DNA of 64,000 nt from the NCBI GenBank assembly GCA_002811645.1, contig PDIP01000028.1:194939-258938 (forward strand), in the 5' to 3' direction. A program made the translations under genes and the position numbers. Positions 24,531-36,521 of the stretch are shown in pieces. Numbering within the stretch: the first letter of the stretch is position 1; the number at the start of each line of letters is the position of its first letter. Origin of the DNA: Corallochytrium limacisporum Hawaii (taxonomy: Eukaryota > Protista > Pluriformea). The notes under the pieces were generated by a model. It ran no database searches. It saw only the letters and a list, made by a program, of their open reading frames with translations, and was not told where the DNA came from.

Positions 24531-24538
24531 GGCGCTTC

Positions 24539-24552
24539 TTTTTTTTTTTTTT
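24539..24552 (+). terminator. Pol III oligo-T terminator of the tRNA gene
   Basis: A T14 run begins 9 nt after the tRNA 3' end. Confidence 0.8.
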
Positions 24553-24646
24553 CTTTTCTTTTCTCTTTCGTTTCTCTCTCTTCGTTTCCTTTCCCCTGTT
24601 TTTTTTTTGGGTTCCCTTTTGGACCGGGTTACCTACGTGCACGTCC

Positions 24647-25063
24647 TTGGGTCTCAACTTTAGGACCATTCCTGACATGGTAGAGGCCTACCAAAAGCTC
24701 AGAGTGCCGAAGGAGACTTTGACGCTGATCCCTTCGCAGTTTGACACACCGCAGCCTTGGCTGGAGCCGGTGGTCTTTGATCCGGAAATAGTCGAGTTAC
24801 CATCGCCGGCCATGGACTTGTTCGACCTGGACACACATTTAAGCAATGACCTCTCGAAACTTGCGCAACTGACGAACAAGTGCACCAATAGTGACCCGGA
24901 GTTCTGCATCATTGAGTGTGGCAACATCCTCGGCGTGGCATGTGAGATACCACTGGACAAGCAGACCAATGCCAAGGCCATTATGGCGCACATCCTTCGA
25001 TCTGTAATTGACTATAAGAAACCGCTCACTTTGAGACAACAGGAGCAACGTCAACTAAACTAG
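24647..25063 (+). pseudogene. IFT52: C-terminal fragment of IFT52 (IFT-B core), lacking the N-terminal GIFT domain; a truncated gene or pseudogene
   Basis: 'AYQKLRV..ETLTLIPSQFDTPQP.LEPVVF.P...ELPSPAMDLFDLD......KLAQLTNKCT..D.EF.I.ECGNILGV......NAKAI..HI...VIDYKK' matches the remembered IFT52 C-terminus (QFETPLP..QPAVFPP, LELFDLD, LAQITNKC). The tRNA lies directly upstream, leaving no room for the rest of the gene. First ATG at 24677. Confidence 0.8.
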
Positions 25064-25195
25064 TTTGTGCCAAACCAAAGGAAGGAGAACAGGAAAATTT
25101 CTATTTTGTCATTTGTTTGCTTTTCGGTACCAGGATTCTTTGCCTACCCCTGCAAATCGGTTGTCGCGAGGCATGTCACTGCAGTGTTGTTTCAT

Positions 25196-26209
25196 TTACT
25201 TCTCAACGCCGTGCTTCGCGTACAGCTTCTGGACCTCTTCGACATCCTCGGGAGAACCCAGGAAGATGGGACAGCGATCATGGATGTGCTCAGGCTCCAC
25301 GTCCAAGACGCGGCGGCTGCCAGTGACGGCCTTGCCGCCGGCTTGCTCGCAGATGTAGGCCATGGGGAAACCCTCATACAGAATACGCAGCTTGCCCTTT
25401 TTGCTCTTGGAATCACCTGGGTACATGAAGATGCCACCGTATAGGATTGTACGGTGCACATCCGCGACCATTGAACCAATGTAACGCAGGGACTTCGGCT
25501 TGTCCTTGCACGATGCAATGTACTCCAGAGTTGGCTCGTCAAAGTACTTTGTGTTACCCTCGTTGATGGAGTAGACCTTGCCCTTCTTGGGGATGCGCAG
25601 GTTCTCGTTCACCAGCACGAACTCACCGATTGACGGATCCAGAGTGTAGGAGTGTACACCATGGCCGTAGGAGATGACAAGGTTGGTTGACGCGCCGTAC
25701 ATTGCGTAACCGGCGCATACCATCTCAGATCCCGGCTTGAGAACATCCTTAACATCCGCCCCGGCCACATCCTCAACGTGGTAAACTCCGAAAATGGTGC
25801 CAATGCTAACACCAGCGTCAATGTTTGAGCTACCATCAAGCGGATCGAAGACAACGCAGTAAGCACCGGGAATACCCTCCTGAAGATCCTTGACGAGGAT
25901 GGCTGTCTCCCGTTCCTCGCTGACCATCACACTGACACGACCACTGGTAGCTAGGGCATTCACGAAAACTTCATCAGCCAGCACATCGAGCTTCTTCTGG
26001 TCGTCACCGGTGGAATTTTGGGTCATGCCAGTGGCCAAGCCAGTCAGGCTGATGACGCCAGCCTTGCGCACGGCATTGGAGATGTACTTGCAGGCGAGTT
26101 GGATAGAGGCCAGCAAGAGGGTGAAGTCACCACTACCCTTGAACTTCTGCTGTTGAGAAATGGTGTGACGGGTGAGCGTCACCAGATTGGTTTCCAAGCT
26201 TTCTGCCAT
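25196..26209 (-). CDS. FBP1: Fructose-1,6-bisphosphatase class I
   Basis: Motifs NSTGDDQKKLDV, VSEE, FDPLDGSSNID, SIGTIFG, YSINEGN, RYIGSMVADVHRT, GKLRILYE. Confidence 0.97.
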   Translation of the reverse strand: MAESLETNLVTLTRHTISQQQKFKGSGDFTLLLASIQLACKYISNAVRKAGVISLTGLATGMTQNSTGDDQKKLDVLADEVFVNALATSGRVSVMVSEERETAILVKDLQEGIPGAYCVVFDPLDGSSNIDAGVSIGTIFGVYHVEDVAGADVKDVLKPGSEMVCAGYAMYGASTNLVISYGHGVHSYTLDPSIGEFVLVNENLRIPKKGKVYSINEGNTKYFDEPTLEYIASCKDKPKSLRYIGSMVADVHRTILYGGIFMYPGDSKSKKGKLRILYEGFPMAYICEQAGGKAVTGSRRVLDVEPEHIHDRCPIFLGSPEDVEEVQKLYAKHGVEK

Positions 26210-27513
26210 GACTACTGACTTGTTGTGCGGTGTTTACCCTTTGTAAACAGTATCACCCAGGGCCCTTTGCCCGTGAAGACCAGTTCCGATGGGAGCCTCC
26301 TTTGTACCTGGAGTCGAAAACCAAAAATAATCCCCGTCAACGGCACATTCCATGCATCACCTCCTGAAAGCCAAGGAACAACCACAGAACAAAATAAATC
26401 AACAAAGTCGCTCGCACGCCCGACGGCCGAAGTCCTCCGTGCTCAACTGGGCCCCGATCTCGCTGGAGGGCATTCTCGTGCGGCAGAGAGAGAGAGAGAG
26501 AGTGAGACAACCCCTCCCCTGGGGGCGGGGGGCTCGCAAGCGCCCAAGAAAAGGACCAACACAGTGGGAGAAGAAACAAGAAAAAGTCCCCGTCAGCTGC
26601 CCATTTTTCGTTATGCCCATTGCCCTTTTTGAAACCCGCTGGCATCCTCTGGCCCTTTTATCCGCAAGGAACAAAAATAACACAGCGCAGACAAATCGAA
26701 AACACACAACAAAGCTGGATCAAGTCCACGGGAGCTTACGAGCCTGGGGATGGTCTCACAGCGGTATCCAATGGGGGACCCTGGGACCAAGTTTCAGAGC
26801 GGCCTGGGTGGCTTTTCATCACCACCATCGTAACGAGTTTCGTCATCGAAGGTCGCGTTCATGAACCCGAGATCCTGCACACCCTTAGCATGGTATCTCA
26901 TACATGCACATGCCTACGCTGAACTGTGTTACGTTTGACATGCCAACACCGTTGCGCGGTTAGTTCTATCCAGTTGGCTGGCACAATCAAAGTTGTTGCT
27001 TGTCTGTGCCGGACTGCATTCCTGAGGTGTAAGTTCACACATACTGCGAACGTCTCTCCTCCCTCCGTGAAAAAATGGGCCCCCGATACCTAGAGTTCTC
27101 TGAGTGAAGAAAAATTTTCACGGCCAGGCCGGCCCGTTCAGCTAGCTCATTTAAAATATTCCGTATATAAATATTAAGGTATTTATTTAACTTAGTTCAT
27201 AATTTTATTAATATTCAGTATATCAAATATCAACTTGCTCCCACCCCTGCAGAGAAGGCACGGAACGGGGAGGGGCGAGCGTCTGGAGTCATATTTTTTT
27301 CACCAGTCCCCAACTTTGTGAACAAGCTAAATTGCCGTACCACTCTGGGTGCCACACGCTATACCACCGTACTTTTCACCAGGGGCCTGTGCTTAGTGAA
27401 ATCTGAAATCTGGACTCCGGTGCTTTCGTGGTTTTGGCTTGCTGCGCTTGGCGGTGGGATGTGTTTGAACCATTATTTTAATTGGGGGCCGGGAGTCGAG
27501 GAGGAAACGGAAG

Positions 27514-27592
27514 NNNNNNNNNNNNNNNNNNNNNNNNNNNNNNNNNNNNNNNNNNNNNNNNNNNNNNNNNNNNNNNNNNNNNNNNNNNNNNN
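27514..27592. other. Assembly gap (79 N)
   Basis: Run of n characters. Confidence 1.
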
Positions 27593-28791
27593 GGGGGAGA
27601 GGGGGGAGAGAATGCTCGGTAATTATAGGTGGGTGTGTTCCTGCATTTCAGTAGTTGCGGCCCCTTACATACAAAGTCAGTAGAGCCAATCAATCGGTTG
27701 TGAAGCGACCGACCAGGAATTTATTCCAAGGGGGGTTGCAAGTCATGGCACGCACACGCAGCATGCGGCACCGGCAGCAGCGGCAATAGAAGTCAGTAGC
27801 GGCAGTTGTTCACCGGAAAGGCCCATGTAATGTCCGCGCTGCTGCGAATACGGACGGAAACCATGAAAAGGAATGAAATGGCACAAGGACCAGGCAGTTG
27901 AGAGAGCTCGGAGCGATCGGAGGTGAGCGCGAGGGAAGTATGGAACCTTCTCCTCCCCCCGGGGAACTGAGGAGCAGAGGGGGGGGGAGGGGTGGAGTCA
28001 GTGGAAGGGACCCGGTACGCTGCAGAGCAACGGGGCCGGGATTAGGAACCCGGGGGAACGAGGTGGGTTAGTAGGACGGAAGGAACCATGTTGGCTCCCT
28101 CTGTGCAATTGTACACTCACCCCGTCAGAGCTCTACCTTCTCCTCGCCTTCTCAATCTTCCCGTCTACAAATTCCGTGAACTACAATTAGCGGAAATCCC
28201 GCCTTTTTTACCATTTTTTAGCTGATGATTTGACCGTTCCATCGTCGTTGTTCTCCTTCCTCCTCTGCTCATAAATTTTTCATGACTTTTGTTCGTCAGC
28301 GATCGTCTCCAAATTATCCCAAAAGGCAACCAGCGCTAATACACTTATCATAATGAAATTGACCGAGAGGAAAGGGTAGGGCATTCCTAGGGACCAAGGG
28401 AGATCGAAAGGGAGAAGCATTGGCCAAAGGACAGATGGTGCCGATCTGACACCGACCGCACGTAAGCAGTCTGGTGTGGAGACCAATTTTAAGAAAATGG
28501 TTTAGGAAGGACAAGGATGACCATGTGATTTATGTGATCTAGCAGTTACGCCCGTTGTAGTGGCACATAAGGTACGAAAGAACATCGGAACAGAAGATGA
28601 CCTCCTTTCCTTTGGCCAGACACGTTAGGAACACATTTAATACAAACAGGGTGGCGGGATATATAGCCAGAGTGTATGAGAATGACATGACGAAGCAAGT
28701 ACAGTAACGGGTCTAGGAGTAAAGAACAGACGTGAACGTCTAGAGATAGAACAGGAAAACTTATTGAAATCCGAGGCTGGCAGTCCGTAGA

Positions 28792-31254
28792 ATGGCAGAG
28801 CGGCCTGAGAGACCTGCACCGGCTCCTCCTGGGCCAATGGCGCCAATTCGGCCGCCACCTTTGGCTTCTCCCACACTGCCTGGAGACAAGCGCAAGGAGT
28901 CGCTGCGGTCTACAGCCGATTCGGCTGCTACCTACCCGCAGCGGTCGTCTCTAAACAGTCTGTTCGATGCCCAGGGAGTATTCAACCACAGGCGTGTGGA
29001 GAGTGACATGTCACTAGACGAAAACGGGAATCGCAAGATCCCAATGTTGTGCGATGCGGTGCTGTTGATTGGGTTACCCTCCAATGTGTCGCAGGATAAC
29101 CCGCTACCACGCCAACCGCAGATCTTGAAAATGTTTACCCGCCCGAATTCATCAGATGAGGAGCTCGAGGTCTTGCGCAACCTGGCCATATTTTGCTACC
29201 CGGACGCAGAGATCTGGACAGATCCTATCAATCTGTACCCCTCAGAGGAGTTCAGCTTTGTCCTCACTGACTTTCGGGGTAACAAACGGTTTGGGTATTG
29301 CCGTAGATTCCTGCCAAGGGGGGAGGGGCCTTCCATACCGATCACATACTGTATCGTTAGCAGAGGATCAGCACTGTCGCTATATTCCACGATCTTGCAG
29401 CGCCTGGAGCTCCGCAGAGCCGTCAGTTCCGAACACAGCAATGCGCTGGCCGCAAGACTTCTCGAACTCCCGTTCCCAGGCCGGGGACAGAAGATGATTG
29501 TAGACATGAACGTCGGTTCCAGCCTCAAGAGAAGCACTCGGGAGGACAACGAGTACGACCAGAAACAGGTGTACATGTTTGAACGGAATCGTGAATTAGG
29601 GGCTTACGAACATGTTGACCTTCACGACCTCTTCACGAGTCTCAGTCCAAATCAGTTAGTCGATCTGCTACTCGCCGTACTTTTAGAGAAGCGTGTCTGT
29701 CTGTTAAGCGTAAGCATCAGTGCCTTGAGCAGTAGCGTCCATGCAATTGTGGCGCTACTCTACCCTCTACGCTGGCAGCACACATACGTGGCTGTTTTGC
29801 CTACCCCAATGAAGGACTACCTAAGTAGTCCCGCACCCTTCATCATCGGCTACTTGGGTAGCCAAAATATCCTCGGATCAGTATTTGAGACCATGCTGGA
29901 GCACATAGAAGACGGCAGCGGTAGGACTCTCGAACAGCGTTGTTTGGATGATCCACCGGATGACCATGATGTGTTGGTGGTGGACTTGGATAAGGGTCGG
30001 ATGTGGACCCCGTACACATTCTACTCACGGGTCCAACGACAGCGAGATTCAGCGGCTGTTCTGAGCGAGTGGAAATCAACATCCGCCCTGCCTGCAGATG
30101 TTGAGGCGCAGAGACTGTCCCAGGCGAGCAAGGCATCTGCGGGCACCACGGGAACCGATACTTTGTCTACGGGTTGGAGTACACGCGCGAGCATTTCCAC
30201 TGGTAACATTCCCAGGGCAGTGGGCGAAAGCAAGGCCGCCTACGGCTCCGACTTATCATCCACCAGCAGCTACCTTCCTCCGAGCAACTTAATCGAATTC
30301 CCGAAGACACCGCGGTCTTTGCTCGAACGCAATTTCTTTGCTCCAACCATTCATCTGAGCACCAGTCCCAGCGCTTCGGGTTCGCTGCGGGATAGCCTGG
30401 GTGTGTTGAGTCGCAAGTCCATGGCGTCCACTGCAGGCAGCGCGAGCTCGAACAGTATGAACCTAGAGATTTTTGACTCTATTTGCCCTGGCATTGTGCG
30501 GCTTCTATGTGGCATTGACACGGCTTTCGTGCGCGATAGCACGTCGGGCTTCTATCACTGGGATCGCAACATATTTCTGAGGCGCTACAGTGGCAGTGGT
30601 ATCGAACCAGGTGCCTACCAGTTCATGTCCAAATTCACGCAGACGCAAGCATTTGATGAAATGATCTTGGAACGGGAACACTTAATGAACACGCGCAGTG
30701 AGTCCGCTGGGGGCAATGGAGGGCAGGAGGCTCTTGATCGCCTCATGGATCGATACAAATTTAGCGCCGAAGACGATATAATGCTCATGGCGGAGAAGAC
30801 TTCCTCGGCCGCCCGCTTGACGTCTCGCGTGCGCAACATGCTTTCCAAGGCTAGCATTCGACCCCGCAGCAGGGAGGATTCGGATGTTGCAAGTATTGAC
30901 AGCAACAGCAGTGGCAAAGGCCAGCAGAACGGCAATGCGCCTTCCAGCCCCCGGTTGCTTATAAAGAGCAAACTTGGGACCGCCGGATTCTTTGGATCGT
31001 TTGGACGGCGCAAGAACACTGGGGGTACCGTTCCGAGTGTGCAGACTGACCCTATGCAAACCCACGACTCTGACGACAGCCTCGGCGCCGCCGTTCAGAC
31101 CCGCATCTCCGCACCTGAACGGCCTCCGCCACCAGAGGCACCGAGTGTCGCGGTGATCCTGGACGACCCTGCCGTCCCACTGGAACAGAGTAGCAACCAT
31201 AGATTGTCGGTAAGACCACCGAATCCGCCCCCCATGGCCCCGAAAATTGAATGA
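28792..31254 (+). CDS. Tripartite DENN-domain Rab GEF (DENND1/2-like)
   Basis: uDENN (FCYPD..FSFVLTD..GNKRFGYCRR), cDENN (LLEKRV..S...LSS.VHA..ALLYPL.WQH.YV.VLP....YLSSPAPFIIG; VVDLD) and dDENN (FMSKFTQTQAFDEMI). Confidence 0.92.
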   Translation: MAERPERPAPAPPGPMAPIRPPPLASPTLPGDKRKESLRSTADSAATYPQRSSLNSLFDAQGVFNHRRVESDMSLDENGNRKIPMLCDAVLLIGLPSNVSQDNPLPRQPQILKMFTRPNSSDEELEVLRNLAIFCYPDAEIWTDPINLYPSEEFSFVLTDFRGNKRFGYCRRFLPRGEGPSIPITYCIVSRGSALSLYSTILQRLELRRAVSSEHSNALAARLLELPFPGRGQKMIVDMNVGSSLKRSTREDNEYDQKQVYMFERNRELGAYEHVDLHDLFTSLSPNQLVDLLLAVLLEKRVCLLSVSISALSSSVHAIVALLYPLRWQHTYVAVLPTPMKDYLSSPAPFIIGYLGSQNILGSVFETMLEHIEDGSGRTLEQRCLDDPPDDHDVLVVDLDKGRMWTPYTFYSRVQRQRDSAAVLSEWKSTSALPADVEAQRLSQASKASAGTTGTDTLSTGWSTRASISTGNIPRAVGESKAAYGSDLSSTSSYLPPSNLIEFPKTPRSLLERNFFAPTIHLSTSPSASGSLRDSLGVLSRKSMASTAGSASSNSMNLEIFDSICPGIVRLLCGIDTAFVRDSTSGFYHWDRNIFLRRYSGSGIEPGAYQFMSKFTQTQAFDEMILEREHLMNTRSESAGGNGGQEALDRLMDRYKFSAEDDIMLMAEKTSSAARLTSRVRNMLSKASIRPRSREDSDVASIDSNSSGKGQQNGNAPSSPRLLIKSKLGTAGFFGSFGRRKNTGGTVPSVQTDPMQTHDSDDSLGAAVQTRISAPERPPPPEAPSVAVILDDPAVPLEQSSNHRLSVRPPNPPPMAPKIE

Positions 31255-31314
31255 AACAGGTCAGTAGTTAATAAAGGACAAGTTATGTAACAATACCACT
31301 GGGTTTCTTTTCAC

Positions 31315-31830
31315 TTATGACTTGTGCTTCAGTAAGACAGCTTTGTGCAGTTCAGCAAAGACGTTCTTCATATTTTCAAAACTGAGCTTCTCCAGAGTCT
31401 CCTCATACGTGCACCAGGAGTACGCTGAAATCTCCTGCGCCTGTACTTTGACATCTTCTTGGTCAGCCAACTGCCCTGCCCAGAACTCACTGATCTTAGG
31501 GACTGTTCTTCCATTCCCCATAGGTTTCTGATACTCAACCTTGAAGGTGCCAAGGTCCTCGTGAATGGTGAGCTTATCCTGTGTTAACCCAGTCTCTTCC
31601 TCAAACTCACGAATGCCACTGTCCTTTGGGCTCGCGTCAGTGGCCTCTGGGTATCCTTTCGGAAATCCCCAGTGGCCGCCACGCCTGTCTTTCAGAAGAA
31701 GGTAACTGATTGCAAAAGATCCGTTACCAAGCTTATTGGCCACAAATGGAATCACTCCGTAGGCCCGGTGCATGGCTCCGGAATCATCTGCTGGATTTGT
31801 AATGTTCTGCTGCTGATTCTCCTCTGCCAT
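31315..31830 (-). CDS. NUDIX hydrolase, Ap4A-hydrolase-like
   Basis: HWGFPKG.PE......GIREFEEETGL Nudix box and EISAYSW. An alternative upstream ATG lies at 31848. Confidence 0.85.
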   Translation of the reverse strand: MAEENQQQNITNPADDSGAMHRAYGVIPFVANKLGNGSFAISYLLLKDRRGGHWGFPKGYPEATDASPKDSGIREFEEETGLTQDKLTIHEDLGTFKVEYQKPMGNGRTVPKISEFWAGQLADQEDVKVQAQEISAYSWCTYEETLEKLSFENMKNVFAELHKAVLLKHKS

Positions 31831-32262
31831 GATAGAACTCCTGATCATACAACGAAATACCCTTTAGCAAATCAGTAGCTTTGTCTAATGGTCGCTTAGG
31901 AAGCTTGAAGTAACCGCCGCTGGTAGTGATCGAATAAGTCTGTGCATGCATAGGAATCCTGAAGTATGACCACAAAGTCTAGTGCGGTGTTGTGGTCTGT
32001 ATGCTTTTACTCAAGAAAGCACTTCCAAAGCGCCCCAAGGGGGGGGGGAATGGTCGGGGGGCGGCGGTCCGCCAAATACGTGAAAGGGTCATAGCGAAGG
32101 CAGAGGTTCTTTTCAGCCCATTTATTGGCTCGCTAGTCATTTACAATCTTCTTTTATTTTCAGAATCTACAAGTGGAAAGAGAAGGAAGGTCATTCCTAA
32201 TGGCACATGAGGTCGAGGGCAATAAGGACTTGTACTTTTGTGACATCTCTTGCTAATTCGCA

Positions 32263-33660
32263 TCAACAATCACCGACTTCAGCCGCCTCACTTGCCACTG
32301 AGCTACCACAGACTTCGTCGTGGACTCCCACCAAACTACTACAGTCGGAGATAATGTCCCATGACTCACGACTGGTCTGCTGTCCACCGTTATTACTGCT
32401 CCCACCGCCGGTTCTCTGCTTGATGAACTGCGACAGTGTCCGCAGATCGTCCTCAGTGAGCTGCGAGATAATATCTGCGGTCCGCGGCGTGCCAGTCTCC
32501 GAGAAAGACGGTGGCGTCGGCACCACACCGTCCAGGCACGGTGGGCCGTGCAGTGACGTAAGTTGTGAGACAGTGTTCCGTCCTTGCCCGTATCCTCCTC
32601 TGCTGCCGCTCTTCATGCTGTGTTGTGGAGATGCAGACGAGAGCCGACCAGACCCGCGACGGCGGCCTGGATAGGCGGCAGTAGCCTCGTTCTGGCCAGC
32701 CCAGGCGTAATGTAGTGTTTCCCTCCGCTCCGAGGCATAGTGCGCAATCTCTCCTACCCCCGCGGAAGGTCCGCTGCCGTAGCCACCGAGCAAGGAGGCC
32801 AGCGCGGCAAAGAACCCGGAGCCCATGCCCGAGGAATCATAACCTTCCGGAAAGCCAGCGTCCGCATTCTCCAAACGGTCGTTCAGCAGTGCTTCTGCAC
32901 CACATGCCATTAGGTATTCGTGCTCAATCTCACGTAGATACTTCTGTTCCTGCTTGTTTTGGTTCCGACGAATGATGTGGCACACTTCCTTGATCAGCTC
33001 AGGGTCAATGTCATTGCAGTCTAAATCGAGACGAATAAGCGAGTGGTTGTGTGCACTGAGCAGTCGAATTAGCGACCTGCAGCTCTGGTCGTTGAGGTCA
33101 TTGTCGACGAGGTTCAGGCGCTGCAGTGAAGTGTTGGCCCTGAGTGCGTCAACCAAAGCGGCACATCCACGGGAGTCGATATTACATTGGCTAAGATCCA
33201 AGTACCGAATACTCCGGTTGTACAGGAGAAGATCCCCAATCGCAGCCACCGCCTCAGGCCCTATTGTGTTCCCTGCCAAGGTCAGCCGCCGAATCCGTGA
33301 GTTACCTCTCAGGGCCTGACAGAGCTGCTTAATTCGCAGGGGATTAAGTGAACGCCGACTTAGGAACAAATGCTCACCAATCTCAGCACTACTGTTACGG
33401 AGTTTGTTGAGATAATTGTTCCAACGATCGTTCTGAGCTGCCACGTCGTTATAAACCCGGTTTCTGCAGCCCTTGGACGAGCTTTCAGTTCTCATGCCTT
33501 TTGAAATGTCAATGGCACGCTTGCAGTCGTCACGCGTGACTTCTGCCTGAGCTAAAACGCTCAAAGGGGGCATGCCCTGGGCGCCCACTTTCTGATCTCC
33601 GATACTGCTCTCATTCGAGAGTTCACCGGGCGGTCTCGCTCTGTCGTCAAACTTTAACAT
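32263..33660 (-). CDS. RNI-like leucine-rich repeat protein
   Basis: About four 28-aa repeats (NSRIRRLTLAGNTIG, NRSIRYLDLSQCNID, NTSLQRLNLVDNDLN, NHSLIRLDLDCNDID) followed by a disordered C-terminus. Confidence 0.85.
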   Translation of the reverse strand: MLKFDDRARPPGELSNESSIGDQKVGAQGMPPLSVLAQAEVTRDDCKRAIDISKGMRTESSSKGCRNRVYNDVAAQNDRWNNYLNKLRNSSAEIGEHLFLSRRSLNPLRIKQLCQALRGNSRIRRLTLAGNTIGPEAVAAIGDLLLYNRSIRYLDLSQCNIDSRGCAALVDALRANTSLQRLNLVDNDLNDQSCRSLIRLLSAHNHSLIRLDLDCNDIDPELIKEVCHIIRRNQNKQEQKYLREIEHEYLMACGAEALLNDRLENADAGFPEGYDSSGMGSGFFAALASLLGGYGSGPSAGVGEIAHYASERRETLHYAWAGQNEATAAYPGRRRGSGRLSSASPQHSMKSGSRGGYGQGRNTVSQLTSLHGPPCLDGVVPTPPSFSETGTPRTADIISQLTEDDLRTLSQFIKQRTGGGSSNNGGQQTSRESWDIISDCSSLVGVHDEVCGSSVASEAAEVGDC

Positions 33661-36521
33661 TGTTGCCACTACTTTGTTTCGATCTTCGCAACCTTAGTCC
33701 ATAATTCTTCTTTCAGGCCAAGGTGTTCGTATGTTTCTCGCGACTAGTACAGAGTACACATATGTAACAAGTAAAATATAATTGATAAATAGTAATAACT
33801 ATTGTTGCCTAAAACATTGACTAAACTGGATGCTAACGATTTCGAAATACCTGACTTTTCCCGGTCTATGAGATGCAAGAACTAACCGTCGACACAAAAC
33901 AAGAGTCACTTCCCCAATGGAATTGTACAAAAACACCGTACACAAGCAGTCTTCGGTGATAAAGAAGTCCACAGAGCTTCGAGCAAGCATGTCATGAATG
34001 AGAGTGAGAACACAGACTTTCAGCACGTAACGTGCTCCAAGGCTGTCCCGTACAGCCGCTACCATGAACGCAGGTGAGTAATGGGAGACTAAGAGAAAAT
34101 CCAAACTCCGGCAGGCGGGTCTTTTCCCTCTGCATATTCTTTTCCTCCCGCCCTTCGCTTCGCGCATTTTCCACTGACCAATGTACTGCACTCTCTTCTG
34201 CGCTTTGCCCGAAAGTCGCAACAAAGGGAAAACGACCGCAGCATTCCCTGACCGGCGCAGCGAGGACACAAAAAAAAAAAAATGAAAAGGAGTCGTTGCG
34301 GAGAAGGGCGAAGAATCAATTCAAGAGCCGAAGGGGTCACAAACTACGCGCGCGCGGTCTGCTCTTACTCATTCGCCCGTTCGGCTGATCACCATCTACG
34401 GCGCTCCCCAGTGGCCAGTTTTGTAAACCAAAGGAGAAAATAAAAAGTATGCCAGGCCTTGCAAAATGGAACGTCTTCTTCTCCCTCTGGTGACACACAC
34501 ATACAGACCCGCCCTGGACACCTCCCCCGTCCCTTTGCTTCGCAGCAGTAGGAACAACGGTTAAGATTCCTTGGCCCAAAACCCCAGCCGTCTGCCAACA
34601 ACCAACCACTCGGCTGATGCACCTGTCAGAAAGGAGCAGCCAAAAAAGAACCCACAGAAACAACCGGCACATAACTCTTAGTCTTGTCGTTTCCCTTGCG
34701 CGGCAAGGGAATTTTATTCGACATCCTCCCATCCCTTCACTGGGATACCGCTTTGGTTGTTTGACCCGTGGGGACCCCGACACGAATGACGGCGAATTGA
34801 CTAGGAGACTATGTTTGGGTCCTTGCCTGCCGTGTGCTTGTTTTGTGCTCCTATTGACTCTTACTTTCACTTCCTCCCCGTGCTCCCCCTTCCCTCCTTT
34901 TCCCTCTCGCACAAAACCCCTCCCCCCTCCCCCAACAAAACTTCTAATTCGTTCCTAACAGAAATCTTGCAATTCTGAACACTCGAAATCACATCATTTC
35001 CTGCCCCTGCCTCCTTGCCTTCTCCGTAAAACTCTGTCTACTTCACTGCTTGGTGGTGCTGTATTCACCAACTCCAGTGTTATATACTGCTGCCAGTATA
35101 GTCGATTTATACACAAAACATTCACCTATCGTCCGTACGAGTTACTCTGGCGGCCGGGCGGAGTGCGCGCTGACACACACAGTCCGAGTGTGACCAACAC
35201 AGAAGCAGCTCTCGCCTGTGAGCTCAGCTCACCGGTAACACACACACACACACACCCCTCTTCGCTTCCTGAGCTCTGGCTGAATATTAATATATTTAAT
35301 ACCGCGCAGTTGCAGCGGGTGAGAGAAGCGTGGTCATTCCACAATCGATTTGTTTTTCCCAGACCCGCAACAGAAATAATTCGAAACGTTAATCCATGTT
35401 CCGACCCTACGCGACCTTCCCCCTTTGTCCGTTCCCATACCCAATCACCTCATTTGTCCGGATCACTCGTGTGCATGCCGTCTGTCTTGGATTTTTTCTG
35501 CAACCGCAACAAGTTCCCCCAGCAGAAGCTGGCAGACTGGGCGCACATGCATTCAGTAGCCACTGTTGCGGTGGACTGGATGGTATCCAATGCTTGCGCA
35601 CCCGGCGTCTGTGGCTGCCCGCTTAATCGCATGTGACGGAATGGAAACGACCAAACCGTTTGCACACTATTTTGGATGTGTCAACCTATAATGCGCGACA
35701 AAGGAGCGGAACAAGCGAACCTAACCACCGTGCGCCGGGTGTATATTCGAACCGCCCACAGCGGTAGGTAAGGCGCGCAGGTACTACATGGTCGAGGCGT
35801 CCGAGCACAACAACAGTGGGCTACTAATATCGATTCGATGCATCTGTGGGCTTGTAAACTCCATCTTTTAACACAGCGAAAACAGAAGAAATACCGTTGC
35901 TCATCTCAAGAAATTCAAATACGCCGCACCTTGCCGAAGTCGGTTGGGCGGTGGTGATACTCTGCAGAGCGCAAGTATTGATGCTTATCCTCCAACGGGG
36001 CAGGTGTTCGCAACAGGCCGACTACCATGCGCACAAGGAACAGCTAAAAACTTAGAGGACGATTATCATCTGGTGGAATCTCTGTCCCCAATTTCACTTC
36101 CCAGCTGGCAGAGCTGCAGTATTCCCGGACATACTATCAGCCGCGCAAACGAAAAGGTCACCGCAACCTCATGTCGATGCCAATCTCTTCACCACAGAGC
36201 GGGAGAGATGTTTGAGTGAGCTTAATTTTCACTGTTCTTGGAAACCGGCCCCAAGTTCTTTTGTTTGTCATTACATGACATCAGTCTCTGGTAGGCAACC
36301 TCCCCCTCCCCTCCCCCCAGCCAAGGCAACCGAGGTACGGAGGAGATTGTGACATACGGGCCTGAGAAACCATTTCGGAGCCATCAGAGTTCCAAAGAAC
36401 CGCTCACAGGGTGTTGATCCCAACTAAATCACACCAGGCTGATGTCCATCAGTTCCTCACTGCTCAGCAAGCACAGAGTAAGCCACAATCAATAAAACAA
36501 GTATGAGAAGAATGAGACGAG

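Noticed and set aside
26880-26900. TTAGCATGG resembling part of U6 snRNA
   Set aside because: It lacks the ACAGAGA box and the flanking U6 sequence.
32263-33660. LRR gene as a further flagellar component
   Set aside because: Generic RNI-like repeats with no diagnostic features tying it to a ciliary LRRC family.
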